Source: Fistulifera solaris
Taxonomy: Eukaryota
Assembly (NCBI GenBank): GCA_030295235.1
Contig: AP026135.1
Coordinates: 310,001-374,000, forward strand
Direction of reading: 5' to 3'
Length of the DNA stretch: 64,000 bases
Of this stretch, positions 11,463 to 24,600 are shown one piece after another. Below the pieces are notes generated by a model that ran no database searches, was not told where the DNA came from, and worked only from the letters and a program-made list of their open reading frames with translations. Positions within the stretch are counted from its first letter, which is position 1, and every line of letters starts with the position of its first letter. The position numbers were made by a program, and so were the translations under genes.

Positions 11463-13343
11463 CTAGATAGACAGTTTGAATTTAAAGTTTTGAATGCTTT
11501 GCAAGACAAACAGCCCAAAGTTGGGAATACAAATATCTTCTGTCAACTGGATGAAAGTCATTTTTGGACCTTCTTTTGCGGATACTTTTCGTCTTGTCTG
11601 CTGTGCAACGGCTTCACTGAAGATTGATAAAAGTGTGTCGGCTTCCTCTTCAATTCCCAGGGACGCAGCAATGCTTCTGGAAGTAGGACGGGCATCCAAA
11701 CCCGCGGTCGAAATCGGTGTCACACTCCGAATTAAATCTGGCGACCAAGGGGCCTTTCCAGATTGTAGACTGACAGCATTCGACTGTATGCGCGAGACCC
11801 GAAGCTTTTCTTCGTTCCCTCGTTTAGCTTTAGCTTTACCATTTCCTCCCGAGGACTTTTTCCTTGGCTTCGAATTCCTTCTGACACGCTTCCAGCCAAT
11901 GGTATGAGACGCTTCAAGATTTGAGAAGGCATGAAGAACGTCACTTTCCTTCTGTTTCCTTGTATCGTTGTTTATAGCAAAGATTTGCATATCATCAACC
12001 CGGTAATCGTCGTCGGACATCGATTCCTTTCCATGAATTACCATTCGTCGATTCGTGTTCAGGACAGCATCATGGTCATTTCTTTTTTGTATCTTGGAAA
12101 GGCAAATGTGATCGGATTTTCGAAAATCGAGCTTGCGCGGCGCCTTACGCTGCGATGTGCCAGAATCGTCACATAGGCCTACTGCCAGCGGTTCCTCGTC
12201 AGCACTATGTACTGAAGCCGATTCGGTTTCCTCTAAACCTGGCGTTACATTCTGCGAGTCGACGAACCTCTCCTTGCCTTGTCTTTTTTGCTTCGATAAG
12301 TTTAACGTGAGTTGCTCTCCAGTGGACGAAATAAGAGAGGTAAGATGATCGCTGTGATCTTTTGTATGCCCGCCAACTTTTTTGTTGCCTTCGACACGAT
12401 TCAGTAAACGATCCGGTTGTCTCTTTTCGACGACCGAAAACGGGTGTACCATCGGCAAGGAACGATTTGACTCAAAACCAGCGCCACAGCTCTTCCGCAT
12501 GGTGTTACCCTGTTCTCCGAGACGTGCTTTCAAAGAATCAATGTTTTTCTGGACAGAGAGACTCTCACTGTCACGTGGACTATTACTTTCGTCCTCCCAT
12601 GAAGAGACCCTGTCAACTTGAATGATGTCGATATCAGAGATATTTGACGACGTCGAACTGAGTAGAGAAGTGACAGGTAAGGAATTCCGGCGCCGCCGTC
12701 TTCTCCTCATCGACATGACTGCCTTGCTGAGAAAACCTCCATAGTCACTTGAATAAAGGTCGTCCGAGTCGCCGGATAAACCGAGGCTGTTTCGACGGGG
12801 CCACATCATGTACTTGCGCGGTATCCATTGATCCGAAATCACCGAAGCGCTTTCGCTTCGGCGATCATGGAAAGAACTATCGCTTGTAGTACGGTGGCTC
12901 AACGAACTGGAAAAATCCATGGGTTCCGAAGGTACAATCGGCGGAGAATTTTCTTCGTCCGTAAATATGTACAAGCGATCCGCCTCGTCGGGACTGTATA
13001 TGTCGGTAAGCGTTATCAAATGATTCGAGATTTCTTCGTCGTCCTCTATGGTCGACCAAGAGTCACCTTCCACATAACTATCTTCTAAACTCGAGACAGA
13101 GGCCTCATCGGAAAGTGTCAGAATCACGTTATCGTCTTTTGTGCCCACTTTACTGTTCGGTATGCCTAATTTTTCGTCCATAAAATCTCCTTGATACACC
13201 GCAGGGTGTGAGCCGTTGCTGTACGAATAGGAGCATTGGTCGTTGTTGGAGGAATTTTGGTCCGAGGCTTGATCATCTCCATCCTCATCATCAGAATGTC
13301 TTCTCGTCGCTTCTTCCGACACATGGGATGTCCGGGGTGGCAT
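11463..13343 (-). CDS. Hypothetical Ser/Asp-rich low-complexity protein
   Basis: Uninterrupted ~630 aa ORF, ATG at 13343; Arg7 basic cluster; no recognisable domain. Confidence 0.65.
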   Translation of the reverse strand: MPPRTSHVSEEATRRHSDDEDGDDQASDQNSSNNDQCSYSYSNGSHPAVYQGDFMDEKLGIPNSKVGTKDDNVILTLSDEASVSSLEDSYVEGDSWSTIEDDEEISNHLITLTDIYSPDEADRLYIFTDEENSPPIVPSEPMDFSSSLSHRTTSDSSFHDRRSESASVISDQWIPRKYMMWPRRNSLGLSGDSDDLYSSDYGGFLSKAVMSMRRRRRRRNSLPVTSLLSSTSSNISDIDIIQVDRVSSWEDESNSPRDSESLSVQKNIDSLKARLGEQGNTMRKSCGAGFESNRSLPMVHPFSVVEKRQPDRLLNRVEGNKKVGGHTKDHSDHLTSLISSTGEQLTLNLSKQKRQGKERFVDSQNVTPGLEETESASVHSADEEPLAVGLCDDSGTSQRKAPRKLDFRKSDHICLSKIQKRNDHDAVLNTNRRMVIHGKESMSDDDYRVDDMQIFAINNDTRKQKESDVLHAFSNLEASHTIGWKRVRRNSKPRKKSSGGNGKAKAKRGNEEKLRVSRIQSNAVSLQSGKAPWSPDLIRSVTPISTAGLDARPTSRSIAASLGIEEEADTLLSIFSEAVAQQTRRKVSAKEGPKMTFIQLTEDICIPNFGLFVLQSIQNFKFKLSI

Positions 13344-13864
13344 GGTGAAGAAATTGAACGTTGTAATTCTCACAGAGTACGGAGTTTTCTGTTTGTTTAT
13401 TGCACCCCAATGAGAAAAAAAGATCGGGAAGAAAAAAATTCGCGTCTCATTCGCGTGTTGCAGTTTAAACAGCAGGGGTTTGCTTTCCTAAGTAAAGCTC
13501 CCATTCTAATTGCTATTCGTTTTTCACATAGATCGAAAGAACGAGAAGATTTTTTTCATTACTACGGAGTACTATTTCATGGGTACCGGTACCGTAGTAT
13601 GCTTTGTATGTAGTAGTAGAGTTCGCGCACGACGATACGAGTTTGGCGACGGACAGACTGTTAATCCGATCGAGCATGATATTACAGTATCACGAATACC
13701 AGTATCATCACGAAAGTTGGTGCCGACGAGGTGCAAGTCCTCGACGAGGTGTATTTCTCATCTCTTCCAAATCCATTGCAGTCTTCCTTCGCTTGGTGGT
13801 CACCGGAACCAGACGGATTGGTTTACGTTTGAGGCATGCTGATCTAAAGTACACCAGTTCTTTC

Positions 13865-15251
13865 ATGAATCATCGATGCATCCTACGACGCATTTCGACG
13901 ACAACTTCCCGAAAATATACGGTTTCACAATCCACCATGTCCACTTCCGATATACATGACAATCCCTGTTGGGGCTCTCCGGATGCGTGTTCCCTCAAAG
14001 ATCTGCTAGCAAAGTATTCCGATTGGATTGTCTACGATGCCGGTGATTACATCGGTTTGAATAAACCACCGGATTGCCGGATGGATGGACCCCATAAGGC
14101 AACAGTCCTCAAGCTGTTGACGCATCTGTATCCCACCAGCGACTGCAGAATGCATTTCCGGACGAACAAGAGCGTATGGATTTTATTATAAAAAATGTAC
14201 ACCAGTTCGGAGATTGTCAAAGAAGCTCACTGCAGAGGGCGATGGTATTCCTCTGCGTCCCTGTCATCAATTGGATTATGCGACATCGGGCGTGCTGTGG
14301 ATTGCCCGCACGGCCGCAGCGGCCAATATAGCTCGTCAAGCTTTAGAACAACGGAGGGTGTCGAAAACCTATGTTGCTCTTGTTCACGGTCATGTGTCCC
14401 CCAAAATTCCAATTTTCGACAAGGTAGATGCATGGTTGCAACGAACGGAGAGAATGTACCGAAAGCAAAGACAAGGAGTGTCCTTGATGGGATCTTTGCC
14501 TCCTCATTCTATGTTTCAGTTATGGAAGGCTCAGCAATTAAAAAACGATCACAACAAGAAACGAGTTCGACGAGAATTCGTCTTTCAGAACGAGGAATGG
14601 GAACAGTTGTGGGCCCCGTTGCACAAGCATTTATCAGAGCAACCCAAAGAGTTCAACGAGCAGTTGTTGCAAGCTGACTGGAAACTCGTAAAGAAGGAAT
14701 ATTCAACGCTGACGCGGTACTTTGAAGATGTTTCCGAGGCATACAATACTCGACTTGCGAAGCAACGGACTCAACAAACGAAACACGATGATGATTCCGA
14801 ACATATACCACATGTCTTTCGTACATCAGAGGATGTTAAGAGTTTTTTCATTGCGGTGCCGATAGGGCAACACGACAATGAGTTTCCTATGCGGATACCT
14901 CCCAGTTACAAGGAAATGACTTTCAAGGCCGAAAATGCCACTTTACAAGTAGGTGAAGCCTGGATGGACTATAAGCCCTCCCTGACGCGGTGTACCCTAG
15001 TTCAACAAGGAACTTTGGATGGCCAACGCGTCACCAAGGTTCTTTTAGAACCCAGAACGGGTCGTCGACACCAACTACGAGTGCATATGGCTTTGTTAGG
15101 ACATCCGATTGTTGGGGACTTGACATACTGCACCCATCAGAGTGAACGATCTGCGCGAATGTGTCTACATTCGCTTCGTCTCCAAGTAAGTGACCCACTG
15201 CTAGACATGGAAGCCCCTGATCCGTTTACCATAGATGCCGAAACACGATGA
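13865..15251 (+). CDS. RluA-family RNA pseudouridine synthase
   Basis: LNKPPD motif I, HQLDYATSG catalytic Asp, KTYVALV, TGRRHQLRVH..GHPIVGD..Y, LHS; frame breaks ~14140-14220; alternative start 13937. Confidence 0.88.
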
Positions 15252-15262
15252 GCTAAGAAAAA

Positions 15263-18200
15263 CTATCGAAATTGGAATTTAATAGTTTTTCCGACGTGGC
15301 TTTTGCCGTGCAATTTTGAAGCTAATTTCACCACATTCGTAGAATTGATTCCCATCTGATAAAGCCACTTAACAGCCGTCCATTCAGCTGTATCTCGTTT
15401 AATCGAAAGACTCTTCCGATCCCAAGCACTTGTAGCGAGTTGCACGACCGTGGATAGAACCCAGGGGTGGCGCGGGCCGTGCAAGTGACTCGCTATTATT
15501 ATGCGGTAGCATTCTACTTCCAAGGCATCATCATCAATCGCATTTGCGAATTCAAGCCACACAGTTTCCTCGTCGCTGCGATCATTGATTTGTGAAAGCG
15601 TTTTTCTGAGACATATTGGGTGATCTCCAATGTGACCGCTGATACAAGGGTCTTGTTTCGGTTGTTCCGAATCCACGTTGGTCAACAATTCGTAAAGTTT
15701 GTCGAGATCAGAAGCGTCCGCTCCTTCGTCGATTCCGCGCGGTACAGGCTGTACCACTGAATTTAGAGTAAGGCTCGACCTAAAAGCTCTGTAAAAAGGA
15801 AGTCGAGTTTGTAGTAAAGCTGAATTCAATGAAGCAAAATCGTACCGGGTCGGTATTTTCAGGCAGAGGACACAGGAATGCCACCACCCTTTCCTATCTC
15901 GCCCCCACCAATGTTTCGATTCCCCATCTCGCTCTGAATATAAATGGTCGATATAACGATCCGGAATGAGCAAACTGCATTGAGGGCATTCCTTTTTGAC
16001 ACAAAATCGCTTCGTTTTTAGATCCGTTGCAGTTGGTTGACATCCCACTGCCCCAAGTTCTAAAGCCAGGATGCGCCAGTTATTTTTGCATGACGGATCT
16101 TGTTCAAGAGATCTTGCAGCTGCTTCGATTCTAACTAAATGGTCTTCCGCTCGACGTGAAAGACCTCGGCAGGCGTCAAAACAAGAATATGCCCCAAGGG
16201 TCGAGTGATGTTTGTGAATCGATTTCAAAGCGTGAGTTTTTTCCGTCCAGCAATTAGAGCCTAGTAAAAGTGCTACAACCTCATGCCATTCCAGAAACCT
16301 GGAGACTGCGAGATGTACGTCTGATGATAGTGCTACATGAGTTTGATTGTGTTGTTTCGATGCCAATTGAAACAAAAGGTATAAAGCACGAGCAGTGTCT
16401 CGCCTCGTCTCCTCAAATTTCGGAAGCGGTTGACGACGACTCGTTTCTTGACCCGCGGATGGCCCTAAAATTGCACCCGAATCAATGCGATTGCCGGCGC
16501 ACAAAAGCAGCGAGCAGCCAAGAGTGGCGAGGTGCCAGCAGTGAAACTTTAAGTCGGTGGGATCTCGCTCAGTGCATTTGAAGAAAATTTGACTAGCTTG
16601 ATACATGGCGTATTCGAGTTCAATAACGGAAACAGAGTTTGTTGTAGATGACTTTTCTGTAAGCATTCTATTCCGCTCTAGATGAACTAGAATTGACTGC
16701 ATCCATTTGAACGGGATTCTGTCACCTTCTTCGTTCAAAGGCTGCAACATTAGTCGTGCAACACTTTCTGGAAGATCTTTTGCTATTCGAAACAATCCAT
16801 TTACTACATGATAGTCGCCAAACCTTTCCAATCCTATGGTCTGATCAACTTGCTGATAAATTTCATAGAACTCAGCAGCAACCTCTTTTACGCTTGAGAA
16901 AGACGTAGATATATCGTCGAGGTATGAGTCGATAGTCGTTTGCCCCTCTTTGATTGTTGTGTTCGAGTCCTGCGCCAGAGTGCTATTTTCTGCGAACCCC
17001 AAAAGGCCGTTTATCACCAACGAAAAGTATCCCATCCAGCTCTTGTAAACATGAGGCAGCGGCCAATCATCTTCGGCAGTTGCTAAAGTAGCAAATCTGG
17101 CAATTTTCTTGTTTAGATCGATTGCCTTCCGGAACATGCTTTGAATCTGCAAGCAAATGTCTTCTGTCGACGTGTTGGATTTAATATTCGCAGCAAATAT
17201 CGCTAGGAGATGGGCACTTGTTAATGTTAAAGTAGACTCCTCAATCACTACCCTGCCGGTGATATAATTGGAAAATTTGTCAGGAGGACCCAGGATGACT
17301 CCACTTTCATCTAATGGGTGCCGAGGAATTGGAGGAATCGTTCCAGGCGTGAAAGCGTACGAGACAACGGCGCGCAAGTTAACGTCTGCCTTTGTCGCGA
17401 CAGTTTTGCGGACACCACTATTTTTCTTTTGAGGACCACCTGCCGAAATTGATCCGCGACTTTGTATTTTCTTCAGTTTCATAATCTCCTTTTGCTTGTA
17501 ATCGAAACCAGGCACGTCTAGCCTATACCCAACATGCGGCCCAGCCACCTGCAATTCTCTCGTAATGGCCAATAGTTCGGCCACTTCGTTACGGTTCTTC
17601 CAAAGATGATTCCAAAACAGGTGATGCCGATTGGCCGTTTCTTTCGCCAGACTGCGTATCAGACTCGCGTTACCAGCCTCCAACATGTCCGAGTTCCACA
17701 AACACTGTAGGAAACGAGTCCTCGTATGAAAGTCCCTGTGACGTCTACTCGCCAGGAAAAAACGCGCCGCCAATCGAAGCACTTGTCGCTTATGCACAAA
17801 TTGCGGCGAGCAATACAAGTTATGATCCAGGGGAGGAAAGGTCGATTCTTGTAGCTTGAGTCGGTGCGTTACAGGAATGGGACGGAGCGTAATAGCTTCC
17901 CCGGAATGTCTGGGATACCGATGGCTGGCTTTCACAAATTGCTGCACGACCGCTTGTTTCTGCTGCTCATAATATTGTCGCAAGGGGTCTAAATCGTCTG
18001 GTTGCACGAACCCTCGATCGTGAAAATTCATTTTCTCTTTATAAGGAATAAAGATATCATTCTTTTCAACTCTTCCTGTTCTTCCTTTAGTTTTCGTTTT
18101 TTTCTTTTCTCTTCTTGCCCGCTACTTTGCGTCAATTGACGCAATATGGCTTCCTCTTCTTCATCGGACGTATCTACAAGATCGGTCGGATGTTCGGGAG

Positions 18201-18708
18201 ACGGAAGGATGGGTTCGTCCGGCGGAACACTATTCTTTAAGAAGACTTGTTGCAGTACATCACCCACGTCCGTTTCCTCGCGATAATTGACCTGACGTTG
18301 CTTCCACTGTCGTCGTATCTGTTGCCACTCGTTTTTTCGCTCTATTTTGGCACGCCGTTCTTCGGTCATGGTCAATTCTCGTCGGGTTGCCTTCTTGACG
18401 ACCGGTGGATTGAGGGAGGATTGCAAGGGATCCTCATCAATGGCTGTCGACGGATTGTACAATACACTCATACGCTGTAAAATGGAAGGTACAGCTGTTG
18501 TGTCGTTTAATTGTTCCGTTGTCTCTTTGTTGTTGCTGCTGGAAATGTCAGCGTGTGCTCGTTTTCGTGAAGCCTTCTTGGCATTTTCCTTCGGTGGTGG
18601 TTCCTGCTGCTGCTGCTGCTCCTCCTCCTCCTCCTCCTGCTGCTGCTCCTGCTGCAACTGTTCTTCATCGTCATTTCCGTATATCAAATCATGAAGACGA
18701 CTCGTCAT
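15263..18708 (-). CDS. Large hypothetical protein with acidic/Gln-rich N-terminus
   Basis: ORFs 18028-18759 and 15263-18031 join with one added A at ~18064 (..KNDIFIPYKEKMNFHDRG); ~1150 aa in total. Confidence 0.7.
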
Positions 18709-19050
18709 GTTATTGCGTGAAGAAAGTAAAATGTTCCAGACGAAAGAACGTAAAAACAAAAAACGCCTTCGTTCATTTTTTCTTTTTTTCTTCTTCCATC
18801 GGTTCTCGCATCAAATCGCACGGACGACGTGCAAGCGTCACCGTTACGACAAGGCACTTTTGATTGAGTCTCTCTTTGTGTAATACAGGAGTACCGTACC
18901 AGTACCAATGATGCGATATTTATTGATGCGTTTTGATTTTTGATGGATGACAAACACAAACAGTGCAACAAAACTTCCGTCATCGTCGTTTCTATCATCA
19001 TTATTTCTTCATCAACACAACTATCAGTACCAGTACTAACCGCAGAAAGC

Positions 19051-21069
19051 ATGATTAAACGGACGACTCTCCTGGTCTGGCTACTCCTGTTCGATGCATC
19101 TCACCGGGTGACTTGCTTCGGGTTGAAATCCTGGATTCAACCGTCGCATCATCATCCCACAATTCTTTGGGGAAAGAAAGCGAAACGCAAAGGAGGATCA
19201 GGTCAACCTCAACAAGAGAAACAGTCCGTACAAGATGCCCGCTTCGATGCCATGACACGTCAGTTCATGTTCACGTTGGTCGGATTAACGAAACGATTGC
19301 CCGACAAGTCGAAAGATATTTTACAAGACATCAATCTGTCGTTTTATCCCGGCGCCAAAATCGGCGTCGTCGGTTTGAATGGATCGGGCAAATCGACGCT
19401 TCTTAAAATTATGGCAGGTCTCGATACGGAATTTGATGGAACTGCGCGTCCGTTGCCGGGCGCTTCCATCGGATACTTGTCACAAGAACCTGAACTCACG
19501 GCGGCGACCGTACAGGAATGTGTCGATCAAGCCGTGGCATCGTCACAGGCCATTTTGGATGAATTTCAAGAAGTGAGTATGAAATTGGGGGATCCAGATT
19601 TGGCACCGGAAGAGATGGAGCGCATCATGACCAAGACCGATCAACTCAATAACAAAATTGAAGCCGCCAATTTGTGGGAACTCGAACGGATTGTGGCTCG
19701 TGCCCAAGATTCCTTGCGTCTTCCTCCGGGGGATGCGTTGACCAAGAATTTGTCGGGAGGAGAGAAAAGACGAGTGGCGCTGTGTCAATTGTTGTTGGCC
19801 AATCATGATATGTTATTGTTGGATGAACCGACGAATCATTTGGGTGAGTGCGCTTTTTCGCGGTGATACGAAATGTCTATGATCCTTTTCTGACATTTCT
19901 TTCTCAAAGACGCCGAATCGATTCAGTGGCTCGAACAATATTTGGACCGATTCGAAGGAACGGTGGTCTGCATTACTCACGATCGATATTTCTTAGAAAA
20001 TGTCGCGGAATGGATTCTGGAATTAGATCGCGGCAAGGGCATACCCCACAAGGGAAATTACAGTTCATGGCTAGAAGCCAAAAACAAGCGACTGGCCGAC
20101 GAGAAGCGAGAGCAAACCGCAGCCTCCAAAGCTGTTCAGGCGGAACTGGAGTGGATTCGCTCGAATCCAAAAGCCAAAGGAAATAAAAGCAAAGCCCGAT
20201 TGAATCGATACGACGAGCTTTTGGCCGCCGCGGCACCGAAAGAGATGCGAAATGCCGGTCAAATCTACATTCCACCCGGTCCACGTCTAGGAAATGTGGT
20301 GATTGATTTCCAGAACGTAAAGAAATCCTTCGGTGATCGACTGTTGATGAATGACTTGTCTTTTCCATTCCTCCTGCTGGAATCGTCGGAGTGTAAGTAA
20401 GAACTAGCCCTCTTCTGTTCCTTTGATTGTGAAACTCTAACGACTTGAAAATTTGACTTAAGAATCGGTCCAAATGGATCCGGAAAGAGCACTCTTATTA
20501 AAATGCTTCTTGGCAAGGAAGAAGTCGATAGTGGCACCATCTCGATTGGCGAGACGGTAAAGCTCGTCACGGTGGGGCAAGATCGCATGGAAGAGCTAAA
20601 TCCTGAAAAGACAGTGTTTGAGGAAGTATCAGGAGGGTTGGAGGAACTTGAACTTGGTACACAGACCGTACAAAGCAGGGCCTATTTATCGTGGTTTGGC
20701 TTCAAAGGCGCACAGCAACAAGCTTTTGTCGGCAATCTATCTGGCGGTGAGCGCAATCGCGTCCAACTGGCGAAAATACTCAAAACGGGTGCAAATATGA
20801 TTATTTTGGATGAACCTACCAATGACTTGGACGTCGAAGTTCTCCGTAGTTTGGAAGAAGCCCTTTTGAACTTTGCGGGATGCGCTATGGTTGTGTCACA
20901 TGACCGCTACTTCTTGGACCGCATCGCGACTCATATTTTGGCGTGTGAAGGCGATAGTCAGTGGTACTTCTTCCCGGGAAACTATGCCGATTATGAGGAA
21001 AACCGCTTCCAACGGCTGGGTGAGCGAAGCATCAAGAGGGTCACTTTTGCGCCTCTAGTCCAGTCATAG
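19051..21069 (+). CDS. ettA: EttA-like ABC-F translation factor with N-terminal presequence
   Basis: [70 protein letters not shown]; introns 19844-19909 and ~20393-20463; shift at T-run ~20362. Confidence 0.92.
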
Positions 21070-21615
21070 ACCGTAACTGTAGCTAGAGCTTATGTTGGTT
21101 GTACTAATCGACAGCCATTTTAGTCGTTACCTGTAAGTGATAATCTTAACCGTATGAAGAGTCTTATTTGTCACTTGTGTTTCGCGAGGTATTTAGTTTG
21201 TCAAATACATTTCAAGTCCCATCAATACCGCGTAGAGGAACGCGTTCATTGCTCCGTGTAACGATAGAGGACGTTCCCAGCTCGACAATTGTTTTAGCGG
21301 GTGTTAGGACGCTTTGTGTCAAGGAGGATGAAGTCGGATGTCGCATCGTAATAACCCGTATTCGTTAACGTAAGTTTTGGTACCGCTCAGATAGCAATAT
21401 ACCGTTTCCCTCTAAATAACAGTGCCGTATCATTCGGGAGCATGTACATGAATGAAGGAAGTGAATTTGAAAGAAACGATGCGCAGCATTCGCTGTTGTC
21501 GACCCTATTGATTCGAAGAGACCCCTTCGAGCCTTCGAGAGCAATATAGTGAAATTCTGTGAAAAATTTTATATTTTCAACGAAGGCACGTAGTTTTAGC
21601 CCAGGGATACATTAA

Positions 21616-24600
21616 ATGGACGCGTACCGAAGGTTTCAACGCAAAAAAGAGAAAGAGAGACTGGCCCAAGAGCGCAGAGAACAACAAGAAAGAGATCAAG
21701 AAGAACTTCGGCGGCGAGCAAATGCGAGACTACTAGGCCTCAGTCAAGCTTCTTATTCAGAAGACGAAAATGACAGGCCGCCGAAACACGATAATTCACC
21801 GAAGCACGATAATTCACCGAAACACATCGAGCCCGCAGCGCGGCGAACGCAGGAAAACTCCATGCCAGTCGCTGGACCAACCGAGAAGCATTTTTCTTCA
21901 ACCGCCATGACGAGCGCCAAACAGGCTGGGATTAGATCTTCTCATAGTCAGGTGTCTCAAGTATCATGGTGGTCACCAGCTTCATTAAAAGCCAGAGCCA
22001 ATCAGCGTCGTGCCGACGATAGCAGTTCGGAGGATGATGACGATTTTGACCTTCTTGCCTTTTCCAGTTCAGCTCAACCTCAAAAACCTGCTGCGAACAA
22101 AATTCCTTCCATCTCAAGTCCCCCTTCTCGTCTTTCGCAGGATCTTGTTGATTCTTCCGGAGATTCAGAACCTCGTCGTGAACGAAAGTCTCCCCGAAAC
22201 CCCCACACAATGTCAGTGTCAGCACAATCATCTGTACAAGCCGTTCCGTTGGGATTGACAAACAATAACAACGATGACGACCTTTGGAGTGACACAGATA
22301 ACGAAGAGGAACCTATAAAGAAATCAAAGACTGAGAAAGATACAAAATCCTCGAAAAAAAGGCCGAAAAGGAGTAGAGCCTACGTAGAGTACGATCGGGA
22401 TGCTAGTGAGCCTTTATCAAAGAAGTCGCAACTAGAAGACGAAGATGATACCGACATTGATCCGATGGAAGAAAAGCCCTTTTCGATAATCCCAAGTTCG
22501 GTCCGCTGGAATTTGAGCCCTTCGTTCTGAATCCAGGCAACCTGGGCATCGAGAGCCCGGTCTGTGTTCCGGCGACTATCAGTCGTTACCTTCCACTTTA
22601 TCAAAAAGAGGGGATCAAGTTCTTGTACGATCGAGCCATCACTAGCGAGCATGGGGCTGTTCTTGGAGATGGTAAGTGCTAGCAGTTTCTCTTCTTTTCT
22701 CTCATTCAAGATGGATTCACGTTAACTTCATTATTGTGTTATAAACACCCGTCAAATTGCAGATATGGGTCTAGGAAAAACAGTACAAGTCATTGGTCTT
22801 CTTTCTGCGTTGTTGAAGAAAAAAGGAGACGGAAGCGATCTGATTGAGCTTATCCGAAGAGAGAAGGAAGCAAGAAAGAACTTGATCGCTCTTCAGAACT
22901 TCACAGATAATGCTTTGAATGAAGGGATAGTTCCAATCACGGATTCGACACAAGAGTGCCTTTTGCACCAACAAGCGCTACCAAAGTGGGCACCGATATT
23001 GATTATTGCTCCAAATTCTGTGCTAAAGAACTGGATCAATGATTTTGCCACATGGGGGCACTTTAGCGTGGTAGAGTATCGAGGAGAGAATAAAGAGAGG
23101 GCGCTGGAAAAGATTCGGGCGGGAAGTGCGGAGATCCTACTTATGGGTCAATCGATTATGAATTACGAGGAGGCCGCGAAACAAATCATAAAACCGAAAG
23201 GAGATGTTCGCTGGAAACTGATAGTAGTCGACGAATTCCATCAGTTCAAAAATTTCAAAGCAACGATGTCAAAGAATCTCCGCAACCTAAGAAATGCCCA
23301 TACTCAGAATCTAATTGGCCTCACTGGAACGCTGATGCAAAATGAGCACTCAGAGCTATGGTAAGTAGTGCTTCGATTCATCTTATTCGAAGCGTTTTGT
23401 ATCTAATCGCGTTAATTGTTTTAGGAACTTGGTCGACATTGTTTGTAAAGACTTTCTTGGTACACGCAACGAGTTTGGTAAAAAGTTTGGAAACCCAATA
23501 AAATATGCAATGTGAGTTTTTACCGCGTCGTCGTCGGCCAGAATTTAACTCACGTACGTCTCGCCTTTCGTCCCTGCAGGGCTAGAAAATCCACGCCTTC
23601 TGCCCGTAAACTTTCGGAAGAGAAGCAACTAGAACTGTCAAACAAGATGCAAACGCTATACAAACGTAGATTGAAAGATCAAATTTTGAAAGACTTGTTA
23701 CCGATGAAAGATGAAAGGGTTGTATTTTGCGAGCCCTCAGATTTACAGATAGCGCTCTACAGACGCTTGATCAAGCTTCCCGATTTCGATTATCTCCGTA
23801 AAGCCAACTTACCCTGCGAATGTGGCGTCAACGAGAGGTTCTTTCGTGAATATCGTCGCCTTGCTACTCTTGATGAAAAGCTTGCTTATCAGAGAAAACA
23901 TAGAGATGAAATAATTCCTCGCAAGAAATGCTGTTTTAAAGTTCCGACTCCGGAAGATCTTCCAATGGCAGTAATATGGCGACAGAATCACGAAGGCGAT
24001 GAACCATGCGAGAAGTGCCCCTACTGTATATGTCTTCCGGCGCTCACAGTACTCAACAAACTTAGTTCGCATGTTTCTTTGCTTCAAGCCGAGGTACCCT
24101 TGGATCAAATCAATGAGCAGAGAGATCCTAAACCATATAAGGAAGCAAAGAAGGCCATGGATTTAGCTAAACTGTGTCTACCGGATGATCTGCTTCATGA
24201 ACTGCCTGGCGGATCACGTGTCAAAAGAAACGGCCTAATGAATGACCATTTCAAATTGTCAGGTAAAATGAGAGTGCTGAAGAAATTACTCGAAGCGATT
24301 TACTCGCAAGGAGGAAGAGTTCTTTTGTTTTCGAGCTCGACACAGATGCTCGATCTAATCGAGGATTATTTAAAGTCCGAAGCAAGGTATTGTCACCTTC
24401 GCATGGATGGATCAACAGATACCACGAGCCGGAATGCTATCGTAGAAAAATTTAAAAGTGACCCGAATCAATTTCTCTTCTTACTCTCGACGAAAGCAAT
24501 GGGGCTGGGATTGAATTTGACCGAAGCGTCATTCGTTATTATTTTTGATGTTGAATGGTATGTTCGCCCTTTGCCGTTTCTATTCTGTGTGGGTTGCAAC

